DNA of 64,000 bases from Ophelia neglecta (Eukaryota), in assembly GCA_965285935.1 (NCBI GenBank), contig OZ260661.1, positions 123,132,001 to 123,196,000 of the forward strand, in the 5' to 3' direction. A program made the translations under genes and the position numbers. The notes beneath the pieces are model-generated. The model saw only the letters and a list, made by a program, of their open reading frames with translations, ran no database searches and was not told where the DNA came from. This document shows positions 49,650 to 62,937 of this stretch, in pieces (the stretch's first letter is position 1; every line of letters starts with the position of its first letter).

Positions 49650-51024
49650 ATGCCCACTGTCGGGATCAGACATTGGAATTTAAGTCTGCCTATTATTTCA
49701 GCAGCGTCCTTAGGACAGATTTCTTTCGGTTAGTCCCCTAAACTGCATTTTCCCCTTTTTCACTAACTAAGTCGTTGGCGCAATTACTAACAGGCCCAGT
49801 AAGGCAGTTTATAAAGACGAATTCGAAAAGCACAGTTGTCGGGAAACCTCAAAGGGAGGGATAGTTATCTGAGTTAAGTAGTAAAGATATTGGGGCTGAA
49901 ATAATTCCCATAAATAGGCACTATAATTTTATTTTTGCAGGCAGCTATGATTGTTACAGCACCCTTGCGGTTGACTGTGCCAGTAGATTTGTCATGTACG
50001 TGAGGGCTAGAAACGCCACTGGCTCGTCTCTCTGTGGGGGAATTCAGGTGAGTAGTACGCATTTCATTTGATTTGCCGGGCGGGGTGGTGGTGGGAAGAG
50101 GGGGCGGGAAAGTGTGTGGGTGTTATACCCGTAGAGGCTTGCATTTGCACGAGAGATAACCTATTCTCGTCTCTTATCTTTGAATTATGCTATAGGCATT
50201 TGATGACTGCATCAAACAGAAGTACGACCTATGTGAAGATCCCCGGATGGACGACCTCGCAGAAGTACTAACTGGAGCGGAAAAAAGGCTGTCAACAATT
50301 TGCCCGGAAGGCGCGGAGACAGGTGGGTTGGCATGTTATATTCAACAAGCTGAACGATTAATTCAACTATTTGTCTCTCGTGAATAATTTCCCTGCATTT
50401 CTACTAAAATTGTACTTATTTTTGCACACGCCACTGCCTTCTCCGATTCATTGTCATGACTATGATCATGATATTGGTACGAGTAGTTTTTAGATATACA
50501 ATGGGCACATCCTCCCGGGGGGGATTCCTTATGGCGTATACATTTTTAAAAAATCTATGAGCGTGAAGGGTGAATGAGTCCACGGATTTATCTCCTAGAG
50601 CCTCTAAGGAATAGCTATCTCACACCCTCGAGATACTCGAGGAGCAAGTTACTGGTGTTTTAGGCGTCTCCGAACACCCATGGACTCCCCTTTCCCTGAA
50701 CCGGTAAGTGCTAAATAGAAACCTTTAATTAACATACTAGCTGATTTGTGTTTCTGTCTCTCAGAGGTGACATTACCGATGGACTGTATCGGCCTGGAGA
50801 CGGTCCATTGTGCCCGTAACTTGATGTTCGATCTCCACACGCCAATGGCTCCCTGCGTGGCAATGCACCGCTATGACCACTGTGTGCTGGAGAGGGTCCG
50901 CCGCTGTGAGGGAGAGGCCGGGGGAGACGCCATGCCCCTCTTCGGAGAATACTACCGCCGGAATGGGCCCGTTCGTTGCCCCGTACCAATTCCCATTAAA
51001 AGTGACCGCCGCGACCGCAACTAA
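49650..51024 (+). CDS. Putative secreted protein with two 6-Cys helical domains (190 aa)
   Basis: Exons 49650-49728, 49941-50047, 50196-50322, 50765-51024; GT-AG, phases 1/0/1, 573 nt open. Domain 1 C-x7-C-x18-C-x8-C-x7-C-x22-C; domain 2 C-x7-C-x14-C-x8-C-x7-C-x23-C. AATAAA near 51099. Exon 1 is the least certain. Confidence 0.78.
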
Positions 51025-54000
51025 TTATCAAACATAAGTGATAGGCTTTTATCGCGTTTTGACTTGACGCATGTAATAGTAGAAACTAATTCTCAGACAA
51101 TAAAAACTCCAGTCACGTAATGCATCGTTCCTGGAGAACGGATGAGTCAAACGACCAATGAATGTTATTGATATTAGTAAACTGCCGAGAAAATGTTATT
51201 CTTTATAAGTACTTTATTTAGTGATTTCTAATAGGACTATGCACATACGATTTCTTTTCTATATGATGAAATTATTGATACTTGGTGGGATATATTCAGC
51301 CTACTATATAATAACTGTAGCGAAATGAAAGTCCCTGTCTTTTCGGCCATGTTTTGTATATTCAAACTCTACCATTTAACGCGTGTCCAATGGATATTAC
51401 ACGTGGTATGTCTAAATTGTCCTCATAAGCTTCAAGATTTTTGTTTTCGAGTAGTATATTCTAATGAGTAATATATTCTGCTAGTAGTATAACCTGATAT
51501 GCTGTACGCTTTTTGTATTTAACAGTGATTTGATAATATTGATAACAATTCTATTATCCTGCTTTAGAAATTAAAGTTTATTAGGATAAACATTAATCCT
51601 GGTCGATTTTATATGCTTCCTGTCTCTTGATTTAATAAACGATTGATAAGTCACATCTGATGTTGGTTCTTTGACAGTGGAAATATGGAAATAGGCTCAA
51701 GATCTTAATATCGCCCGTTTATCATTCAATTAATTGAGCCAAATGAAAAGTAAGTGTGCAAGACTAAAATGAAGTATTTCATTTCATATTGTAAAATGAA
51801 ACTTATCCCCGAAAAGATGGCAAATCCCGCTTGTCCAATTTAAATCTATACGAAGACTGCCTACGTCTCGCTGTAGTCTATTCCTCCGCTGTTCCTCATT
51901 TATATTAATGAATATATCTATTTTTTTGACATTCTCATTTTAATAGTCTAGGGATGTTTCAAAGCCTCAAGGTTTGGGAAAGTTGTACCACCCACTTCTG
52001 GTAATCTTTTCCTGGCACTGTTCTACAGTCATTTGGCGTCCGAAAGGACATTGTTGTCGATATAGGCAAATTTGGCTAAGTTTTACATTGAGCGCTCTTC
52101 TCTAATATCAAGTATATATCCATAAAGTCTTAATGAGTTTTCGTGGCACATGTATGCAAAATCAAACAAACAAAAAACGGCTTTTGAAAGTAACAGTGGG
52201 TTAATAGTGGGAACTTGGTATTTGACATTACAGGGAATCCTGAAAATTTGTAAGCAAGTCTTTATATAAGTTTATCAATATCACTTTTTCTTTATTTACA
52301 AAAGTAAAAGGTCAATGCGGATTTCTAATGGAGGAATTCCACAATAAAACAGAATCAAACTTCTCAATAAAATCATCAATATCAGCTGTTTCAAAACATT
52401 TGTACAGCGCCAATCTAGAGACAAAAAAGTAAGTTACCATGAAAAGAAAATGAACATAAAATACCTAAATGCAAGCAAATATCAATTCACTGAAGGATCT
52501 TAGAAATAATCACAGTTAGATCTCTAGAATATCAATTGTCCTCGTTTTGCTGACTGCAATTGTTGGTACATACGTCATCGGTGGATTTAGGGTTGTCATA
52601 TTTTATCTCTTGCATAGAGAATTCAGTTATCACAGCTAAGAGTCTGCTTGGCTCGTCGCTCTGAGTTCCTACGTCATCTCCGACCCCCTTCCCTCAATGT
52701 GATTCGTCTCTACCTCACCTTCCGGTCTCTCGCTTTTTTCAACATTCGAGTTTCTTCCATAGCAAAAGATGTTATAAATGTCAGTATAATTTCGCTCATT
52801 CCATGTGTTTAAACATTTTAGTATGATCGAGATGAGTAATTTATTATTGTTTTCAACTATTTGTAATCGTTTTAATCGTTACTTCAATATATCAAGATGT
52901 GCTATAATGCTTAAAGTAGAATCTTAGTGTATTTTTTATATAGTTCTTAAGAGTTAAAGATGACAGGGGTAAAGTGTATTTTAGCATGGTAAATATAGGA
53001 AACTATGGGCAACGTTTATGATATCTTTATACTTTTTTTAGCATGTTTACTTTATCAATAAACTATTGGTTGAACTAGATAAATTATTGTAGTTATCATT
53101 TACGCTTATTACGGAGGGATTCATATATTGTATATTTAAAATGTTATAAGTAAATTGGAAAGTGTACCATAACGTCTGATTTCGCTCAGCTCAAAAAAAA
53201 AGAACGAAAATAGATAGGGGATAATTCCACTTTACAACTATGAAGGAAGTTGGGGCCGGATTTATTTGATAATATACGGTCCTTGGGGATCAAATAGGGC
53301 TTTTATTTATTCCTAAATACTTATAAAGTTTTCATTATCAAAATTTGTATATGGAGGTCTGATTTCACTCGCAAAATTGGTGTATCGCTCGCCGAGCGTA
53401 TTAGGAATTTCTTTGAGCGGAGATACAATTTTTGTGGCGAAATCGGGCTTTTGGACATTTTTCATGGTCTTTTATAACTTTCAAACATGAATAGGTGGTG
53501 GGGTACGAATGGATTCTAGTTACAATAAAGTTTGAACAGTACATTTAAACACTTTTCCCGGATTCCTAAGATGGAAACAACTAGTCGAAAAACAATGCCG
53601 GGCAAATCTTGTAGAACCTGAGCGGAATTACCCACTTTTACCCTATAGCATGCATTCATTATAGTCTGTGCCTCCATTTCATTTCAAATGATAAGGGATG
53701 CGTTCCTCAAACAGTTCACCAAATGACTTGCCTTGAGCCTGGGACAATCCCTTATTGGTAACCAAGTCCCCAATGGAGGAAGCATAGATTGATTCCATGA
53801 TGGGTAATTTTATTGTTAAAATGGGTTTAAAGTAGTACACATTGTTATTTCAATGTACCAGCTTAATAGTGGAGCGTAGTATCGGCCTTTTCGTTAGTCG
53901 TGTTTCAAGCAGCGTCGCTTCCATTTTTTGGAAAATGGCCGTAACTGTATAGCCATACGCTACGGTTCATAAAGAATACTTTGGCAGTTGCCTACACCAA

Positions 54001-55469
54001 CTTATTGCATAAAGAAAAGGGTAGTCGGGCTAGTAGGTATGGCTGTAAATGCTGCCCTAGTTCGGATACCTATGGCATACGATATTTTATTTTTAACTTT
54101 CCAAAGAATACAAACGTATTATAGAATATCTAATGCGATTGATTAGTAATATAACCTTATAATATGATAGGTGCACGACCCTGTATATTTCCTAATATGA
54201 CAGTATCGAGAGAATAAATGGGTTTACCTACAGCCTTCGATGTATATGGCTGCCATTCATGTTGGGCGTTTATTTTAGTTGCAAATGGTTATCGTTGAGT
54301 ATAACAAGTGCCATAGTAAAACAGATTTTGAGAGAGGTGTAAGGTACTAACAGTTAGTAATTTGGAAACCGCGCGAAAACAACACCCTCAGACGGAGGCA
54401 GTACGTGTTGTCTGTGTATCTCAAACTATTGAATATTTACCATTGCGAAGGATATCAATTCTTTGTTTAACTTTTGTTTTGGTAGTATTACTACTTTTTG
54501 CATTCACTTGGCACAATTTGTATTTTCGCACTACTCTGGTTTCCCAAAAAAAGCAGCATTTGTCGTTTAATTCAGATTATATATTGAAACAGTTATGGAG
54601 TTCATGCCGCATAATCTGTCATAGTACCAGATCCATTCCTGGCCATTGCTGTATCATTTCTTCTTTCACGGCTTCATCTCCCATGGGTTCTAACTTCATG
54701 ATACTTATTTCGGGTATTGACACGTATTTTACCTGATCTGGCAAATGTTATCCGCTTAAGCCGTCAGCTTGTGCATATATTATGTTAAACACATGTAGAG
54801 CGGTCCTATAAATATTTTAGCTAAGTGGAATTTCTTCAGTCTTAAATAAACACTTCATAGGTTAATATTTATCTCATTATATTTATCAATCATTTGTGTG
54901 TGTTAAGGCCGGATTTTGTTTTAACGATGTTTGAAAGATTTCTAGTTTACAAAGGTGGATAACTATCATGCTTTACAATCGTTATTGTAGCAGGATGAAT
55001 TTTCTTTAAATGCTGTTCTCAACGCTTCGAGTTCGGATGATGGGGATACAGGTGCCACGGACGAGGATCACAAAACGGAAAGTATTGAAATTGATTAGAT
55101 ATAGTTTTATTGGACTTTTGCTTCTGGCCCTTGTACAAAAATATTTCTATACAATAATTGTATATTGCTTCCGGTTGACACTTTACATTCAGTTACGGTT
55201 TAGTTTGATAATAGATTTATAAATTGACAACACTTTAATTTAATGATATATGAACAGATTATATTCCCAGCGAGCCTAGCCCACTGCACTGGCAGCCGCC
55301 TATCGCCACCACCCCCGGGAACCACCCACCAGCACCTGCTTATGGGCAGTACACGGGGGCCGCAGCAGATAACGACAGCCTGCGACCCAACTGGCCATCA
55401 TACCACTAGTATTACATGGGAGCGATAGCAAACCTAGATGTTCAACAAATATTTATAACCCTATTGAAT

Positions 55470-55560
55470 CATCGTCACTTGTCACGGCAATCCCTACCAC
55501 TGTACACATAAGTGCGTCGGGAGATGCTCTCCGTGAGAGATGCTCTGGGGAACGAGAATG
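55470..55560. mobile_element. 91-bp insertion with 9-bp target-site duplication (Mutator-like miniature element)
   Basis: CTATTGAAT at 55461-55469 and 55561-55569; empty site with a single CTATTGAAT at 41173 in copy A. Confidence 0.8.
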
Positions 55561-56339
55561 CTATTGAATGCCTTCTACACAAAAATTGTGTCATCCCTAT
55601 CATAAGAGTTTACCAGTTCAATATAAAAAAAACATTTAATCATCATCGTGACGACTATGCTTTATAATAGTTTCTTCTTTGATATCTGTAAGGAGGGCAG
55701 GTTGCAGCAAAATGTACCTCATTTCAATCACTTCTACATTCAAGTTGTTTTAATAGAACAAGCAGTGTCGTAGAGTCCAACCAAACCCGCTTCATTCATC
55801 GCCATTCATTTATCATAAGATTATGTTCACGACATCTTAATTTTGCTTAAGCTTAATAAGGCATAATTACTAAAGTTGCACTTTCTTACTTTCAGTAACA
55901 TGAGCTTTATCAAATTATTTTTAATTTTCTCCTCTGCTTATTCGAAATATATTTAGCATATGCGTAACCTGAAATCTGGCCTGATCCCAATCAGAGTCCC
56001 ACCATTCAGCACCCAGCTGCCGTCGGTCCCATTTATGTACAATAAGTCTCAAGAGTTTCGCTGCGTTATTTATTGCCATAGTTAATACATTTACACTGTC
56101 ATCTAAATTATCGTTTTCAAGTGCCTCAGTGTGTGCAGTACCTGCATCGCTAAGGTTGAGTCTTGATTTATCACATACTCCAGAGATTCTGTGGGTTGCT
56201 ACACATATTTTACCATTTGCTGAAATACACTTTGACCATTATCAAGTAGTCCTGGCACATAATACAATTCAAACGAAGTAGGGGCATGATCAGACTCGCT
56301 GCGTTTCAACGCCTCAAAGCTAAAAAAACCAACAACAGG

Positions 56340-56945
56340 CCTATTAGCCCTTGAATTTAGATTTGAATGTTGTCTGTTCTTTGTGGACCTACCCGCGGGG
56401 TAGTGAGCATTCTGTCTAAAGTCTGAATTTTCATCCCAAACATACTTTTCATGGCCGTACATGAGCTTATCACATTGCAGATATGACTTCGCAGTGGGTA
56501 GGTCACTCTTGAACTGCAATGTGGCACCAACATTCTCCTAACATCTTTCACCCTTTTGGTTAGATCCTCAACAAATTGTACAGGACGTTTTACCCCACCA
56601 GATTCCTTTCGTTCGTTATGCATACTTCTAACAACATCCAGTACAGCTTGTTTTGCTTTGAAGAAGGCGAATTTGACGATCACAGGTCACGCCTCATTAG
56701 AATTACCTCCAGTGTGAAAGGAGTTGCCCTGAGAATTTGTTGAAGCGTCCTCCCCATTAATCTTGTTACTGTTTGGTATTCTTCGAGGCCTGCCCAGACC
56801 TAATCCTAGCATGTTTCTAATTATCCTCCTTGCTTTTTTCTTCTTTCTCCTCCAATGTTTCTAGTTTCCACTCTGGAATACCTCTGATGATCAGATTATT
56901 TAGCCATGCATGAATGTGATTCGAGGGTATCATACTTAGTTTCCA
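56340..56945 (-). mobile_element. Decayed LINE ORF1 fragment, copy B
   Basis: IVKFAFFKAKQAVL...FVEDLTKRVKDVRRMLVP; duplicate of 41940-42580. Confidence 0.75.
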
Positions 56946-59371
56946 TAGTTTTTTTACAGTATTTTTATTGCTTTATTCACCTCCCGTAGCTCAAAAACTT
57001 CGTTTTCTAACCAAGATAAACTGTTACTTACCGTATTCTATCACCGTTCGTACTGCTGTTGCCCTGGTTGGAATGAGACAGGGTGAGAGAGGTGAGCCTC
57101 TTGTCCACGCCAGCTTCCGTATCAGCTTCACGTCCTCTTTGCAGTCCCTGTCCGGGCCCGGGGTTAGTCTCCACAACTCCAAACAATGTTCCATGTAACT
57201 ATAGTTACACATAGGTAGCAGCCGACAGGTGCCACGCCTGCGTACCTGTGGCCGGTTGTTGGAATCTTTAGCCAGTCCTGAGAAGATATTTTGACATGTA
57301 TTTTAAGGAACATATCATAAAATGTACACAAACTTCTATCACTAATCAATGCATTTTTTTATTTAACACCATTACTCACTACCTTTTGGAGAAGATTTAT
57401 TTTGAAGAATCTAGCAACATTTAAATATAAAAATCCTATGTCTGCTGAACTACTGGTACAGTTTATTTTGTTAGTTGGGCCTTAGAAACATCTGTCACTT
57501 TACTAGAATCTTGTCTTTTTTTTTCTTTTCGTTTTCTTTTTTTCCCAATGATTAGAGATTTACGAGTTTTCTTGTATAAAAAAAGATAGCATAGTTTTAT
57601 ACATGGATAGCAAACAAAAATCTAGCCTGGAACACTCCGAAACAAAGTAAAAAATGTCAATACTATAGAGTGACATATCGGTTTCATAACGGTTACAACA
57701 GCTGACAAATGTTTTGTAGCTTTGTCCACGTGACATTTCCTGAGTTCTAATGACTTTGTTTAAGCCTCCAACACTAAATAAAGTTTCTACGTTACCGCGG
57801 ACTCTTGTTACAATAATTGTAAAGCGGTTTTGGATAGTACTCCATAATTGTGCTAGAATAAAGATATATGCTCACGGTTTTCGAGCGCGGATCCTTTAGA
57901 CCCTGCTTTCTGTCTATTGCACATGCGCCCTACACACAACTTCCTCCGCTTTGCGCTTTCGCTAAAGATTTTTGCACACAATTGTTAATATATGTTACCT
58001 TAGAAACCGTACTTTGGCATCCTTTTTAATCATTTTTACGAAAAATCTACAAATTTGGAGACCCTTTACCTGATTAAGAGAACGTATCTCGCATGTCTTC
58101 TGATAAATAGCAAGCCAATTAACACCATAAGAAAGCTGGATAGACGAGGAATCTAACGTACTTATTCGATATTGTTATCTTTACAGAGTCAAAGTTTTGG
58201 CAAATGAAATGCGAATTTTGAGTGGGTTATTGAGGACCGGGAATTAGGCGTCAAGAGAAAAGTAATATCAAGAATTCGTTCAGCATAAATGATTCGTTGC
58301 CATAAGCAAATTTTAGCATATGCATCCTAATATTCTTGGCCGGCCGTCTACATTATTCATTTTTAAAGTTTCATGCCCAAAGCACCGTGGCGCGACACAG
58401 CGAATCTTTGTACAAGTACGGCAACAAAATTGAAAGTATTGAGGCGCCTATATAAATATTAAACCTTGAAGAGATAACTTTAAAAGGTGATTCAAGGACA
58501 TTAACCCGCAACAATGATTTGTGGGTATTAACATTCAATGGCAGAACAAAGAAAAGAGGTCGTAAAGAAAGAAGGGATAGCAAGAGACTGCAATAAATAT
58601 GTATAAGCAGATTACTTAGGTAAAATTTATCATTTTACTACCATGTTTATTAGACAAGAAAGATTGGAATTTATATATGTTTTTACTGCAGTTTTAAAAC
58701 TAGTAGATCTTGTTTCTTTTAATTAAACCTGTTACTCGCGAATAGGTGCAGATTTTGTTCAAATGCATTGGCTATTTACGGTGGAATCTAGTTAGAGATC
58801 AAAAAAGAAAAATACCAAGCGTTTCCATTGTTTTCATGTTGACCGTTATAACTGTAATTAGACCCATGTTTAAAGTATAGTTTCACCTGATATTACCATC
58901 CATACCTGGATTTACTTGCCACAGCCGAATATTTTCAAGGCCGTTTATAAAAATTAAAATAGAAGCATCTTAGAACACGGTCAAATATGTGTTTGCCATT
59001 TTGCTTGCAACGCCATAGCCATTGGACTTGGAGTATTCGTATCATATAGGTGATTTTCCTGTAGCGACTTTTATACATATTGTTTTTACCTATCAGGCTG
59101 CATGATCTGACCCAGCGCCGACATCCCTGTATTAATACTAATAATCATTATAAGTAGTGATACAGAGATGTTGGCACTGCAAGTTAGTTTATATAACACG
59201 TGATCAGCCGGCTTGTTTACTGTCTGATTGCAATCACCAGATCAACCGACAAGCTCCCGCGGAGATTTGTGCCTGAGTGTCACAGTGAGCAGTGACCACG
59301 AGTTAGCCTTGCATGAAGAAATATTAAGGACAAAATTATGGTTAAGGTAGCAAATGATTACATTAAACATC

Positions 59372-59401
59372 ACTACAGACCGACAGATATGGTACCTTGT
59401 A
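59372..59401 (+). repeat. 30-bp direct repeat, left flank of the DIRS insertion
   Basis: ACTACAGACCGACAGATATGGTACCTTGTA, identical at 63947-63976; single homologous copy at 47819-47848. Confidence 0.95.
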
Positions 59402-59419
59402 CCCTTCAAGCAGCAGTTA

Positions 59420-60128
59420 TGGGCCAGTCACAAATCAGTTGCGATGCGTCGGCGATGAGTAAAACCCGGGAAATTTTAACAAAATCTTGAGACAGATCTC
59501 ACGATTTTGCACCCGTCGGAGGCGCTCTCCGGACGCCTGCGGCTTGTCGCAGATTTTTTAGGTATCGCCACACCCGTCGCGGTCCCCAACTTTGAACTTA
59601 AAATTTGAAGATTGCTCGCACGATTTTTCACCCATTTTGGGCATCCCAGACACAATCTCCGATGACCTACGATACCCTCCGATTAATCGGAGGCGTCCTC
59701 CGAATAATCTGAGACTAGTCGCAAGATTCTGTGTGGGATTGGAAATTCAGGTTGAGATTAAATATCTGCGAGTAGTCTCCGGCGCCTTCCGACTGAATCG
59801 GAGGCGCCCTGCGACGTTTTCTGTGATCGTCTCCGACGAATCGTACGGTGGAATCGTAGTAAATCGCCGTGGTGGGGGAAAAATTAAAAGAAAAGACGCT
59901 CGCAGATATCGTCTCCGATCGCCTCCGATTTGCATCGGAGGCGATCGGAGGCTTATCCCACGATTTGTCGACAAAACCGGGTCAAAATCCTTGAAAAAAT
60001 CTCAGACAATGTGACTGCTCCACTTTTATTAGGATTATTGCTAGGATTGTTCAAGGATTCTTTATTTTCTACGACGACCCCCGGCCAAAACTAATCCCCG
60101 ACAGATCGCCGACATTGTGACTTGGCCA
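59420..60128. mobile_element. PIF/Harbinger-type MITE
   Basis: TIRs TGGGCCAGTCACA / TGTGACTTGGCCA (11/13 match); TTA TSD at 59417-59419 and 60129-60131; repeated ATCGGAGGCG motifs. Removing it restores an exact match to 63088-63155. Confidence 0.88.
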
Positions 60129-60181
60129 TTACTCTTAACAACGTACAGACTACACCTGAACCCAGTCGAGGTTATCGGGGT

Positions 60182-61713
60182 TCAATCCACTATTTATGGC
60201 ATAAGTTGCTCCAGTAGGCCTGAAACATTTGGCAGAGTAGCCCTGGCCACCCAGGCCGGCAGTTTCAATAGCCTTATTCAAGATACCAGATATTGATCTG
60301 GCAGACAGAGCATTATAGGGACGACGCAGGGTAATAAACACTGGTCGACCAGGTATTGTAGATCTTAATACCTTGGTAAGAGATAGATAGCTTTGTAGAG
60401 CACGTCCAGGATCCAACTTCAAATTGTTCGAAGGAGGGATAGTTACACTAAATCCATCCCTGTTATAATCATTCTTAATCCCGTGGAAGAATATTGTCAG
60501 TTTATCCCCCATCCAAGAACTTTACTTGACTTTCACTGAACACAAGTCTCTCTGCCGTAAGAGATACAGGATCCAAAGCACTGGCCTGCGGAGCCACATC
60601 CGATGGACGTAGCATGAATACCAGGGCTAATAAGCATACAGCCTTCAGTCTGAGTTTTTCCAGAGTTAACTGTTCATTCTCCGGCCATCCCATAAAAAGG
60701 TCAAGGAACGGCTGTACCGGCATAACGGGGGTTTTCTGTAAAGGGGCAAATGTACCCGACTTGATGAGTCCAATGGATAACTTGCGTAAATGACCATTGC
60801 AAGCCGGGCTAGCCATACCAACTGCATCAAATAAGCATGTGAGTGCTGCCATTGTGCCATTAAGAACCGATTTAGGCCTATTTGATTCTCTGGCTATGCT
60901 ACACATGAAATCTGAAATATCTCCTTCATTCTGCGATGGAAAATGTACTTCCCGTGCAACACAGTAATCAAAGTACCTTTTGACATATCGGTTGTATTGT
61001 TGTAAAGTTGATTTGGCCCAATGCAAAATAAAACTTTCTATGGCGCATGCTGACCAGCCCAATGAGCGCAACTGATATCGCCACAAATCCTCCACGCAAA
61101 TATTTTCCAGTGTCGATTTTTTAGGGGCTCTGCCAAATCCCCCATCCTTAACATGGTGTGTCGCCCTTGCTTTATCTGGAAAGGAGGGGCAACCAGAAGT
61201 CCCTTTAATCTTTGACACCAAGGTTGTCCTGTCCACAGTGGTGCTATGATTGTGGCATGGGCTTTCTGCTCCACTATTGTCTGAATTACCCTGCTCAACA
61301 GCCGAAATGGTGGGTTCACATAGTTGTTGTGAACCGACCAATCTGTTTGAGCCAGAGCGTCTATGCCGTGTGTTAACGGATCGAGGTAGCGGCTGTTGTA
61401 GACAGGCAGTTGAGAGTTTGCCATTGAGGCAAAACGGTCTATTTTGTGGGGTCCCCACATGTTGTCGATGTAGTTGAAGATAACTGGGTTTATCAGCCAT
61501 TCGTATTGAACGGGCAGGCGGCTCAGAAAGTTTGCATGACCGTTGTCCACTCCCGGGACGTGCTTCGCTATCATATAAATCTTTTGGGCTATTGCAAAAG
61601 CCCAAATTTGTTCTGCAAGTTTTGTGAGATGCATGTGTGGCCCTTGATGTAGGCCACCACCGTGGAATTGTCCGTGAGAATTTGCACGGTTTTCCCTTGT
61701 ATACGTGAAACAC
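60182..61713 (-). pseudogene. DIRS tyrosine recombinase, frameshifted and C-terminally truncated
   Basis: WAKSTLQQYNRY core-binding domain, LLALVFMLRPSD (first Arg), IKND (Lys), SAKCFRPTGAT. Frameshift in the G run at about 60506; the sequence breaks off before the G-x-W and catalytic Tyr region. Confidence 0.88.
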
Positions 61714-62934
61714 ACGACCTGATACCTAAAAGAATGGCCAGAAGTTCCTTGTAATTTATATGCCTGGACGCCAATTTGATGTCCCATGTTCCAGCTGCTT
61801 CGAAATTATCACATAGACAACCCCATCCTGTATCAGATGCGTCTTTCCACAGTTGACAGCTTATAGGGTGATTTGTCAGTGGTGAACCATTCCACATTTC
61901 CACAGCATGAAGCCACCATTCCAAATCACTGATTGCACAGGTGTCAATGAACAAATTATCATTCCATGATTTTCTATTTTTCAGAATGGCATACAGGCTA
62001 CGTAACTTAAGTTTTCCAGGAATTATCGCCTTGGACATTGCTATACCTTGGCCAGTAATTTTGGCAAGAACCCTAGCCTGAATGTATCCTGTTGTAATTG
62101 CTCGTTTAATGTCCCTTTTCAATTTTCTGATTCTTGCAGAATTAATTGACATCCATGGTTGCCCATCATGGCCCACAGTGTCTATGATGTAGCCTATGAA
62201 CTCGAGTTTTGTTGAAGGTGTCAATATTGACTTCTCATAGTTAATGATAAAACCCAATTGTTCAAAAGTATGTACCACAAAATCAGTATGATCAGCAATA
62301 AATTTCTTATGAGCAATTATTAAACAGTCATCCACATACAATACAATTTTTATACCTTGTTCGCGCAGGAACGTGACAACTGGTCTAAGACACTTGTAAA
62401 AATAGTATGGGCTACAAGACAAACCAAACGGCAGCACGCACCAAACGTACCACTTGCTCTCAAATTCAAAACCTACATATTTGCGATAATTAACATGTAT
62501 TGGGATGTGAAAGAAACCATCCTGAAGATCAGTTTTGGTCAGATGATCTTCAAATGTTATCACTTGGGATACAGTGTTTATGCCTTCATTCTGGAAACTA
62601 GGTGTGTTTACATGAGCATTAACCTGCCGTAAGTCTGTAATTAATCTGAATTTTCCATTCTTTTTAACCACACATTTTATTGGTGACACACATAGAGGTT
62701 TAGTAAATACTTGTTCTATTGCCCCATTGGCATCCAATTTTGTGATTTCCTCTTTAACGAACTGCTTTCTTTATCACTAAGCTGATATGGCTTTGAATAT
62801 GTTTCTGCTGGTTCATTGTCATTGTAGAAGGGAATATGTACTCCGTCTTTTAACCAGCTTTGTATGTTCAACGGCGTTCCGATGTCCTTCCAGTCATTTA
62901 TATTCGAAGATAGTCTTTTACTGAAAACACACAT
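61038..62934 (-). pseudogene. DIRS RT / RNase H / N6-adenine methyltransferase-like ORF with two frameshifts
   Basis: DLQDGFFHIPI, LPFGLSCSP, LYVDD, DASDTGWG, HINYKEL, TDNSTVVAYI, HVPGVDN..AN.LSR, IDRFAS and YVNPPF. Frameshifts near 62762 and 61650. Confidence 0.92.
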
Positions 62935-62937
62935 GCT

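Noticed and set aside
59592-60014. 140-aa Arg-rich ORF as a transposase
   Set aside because: Lies inside the MITE; no transposase motifs; produced by GC-rich internal repeats.
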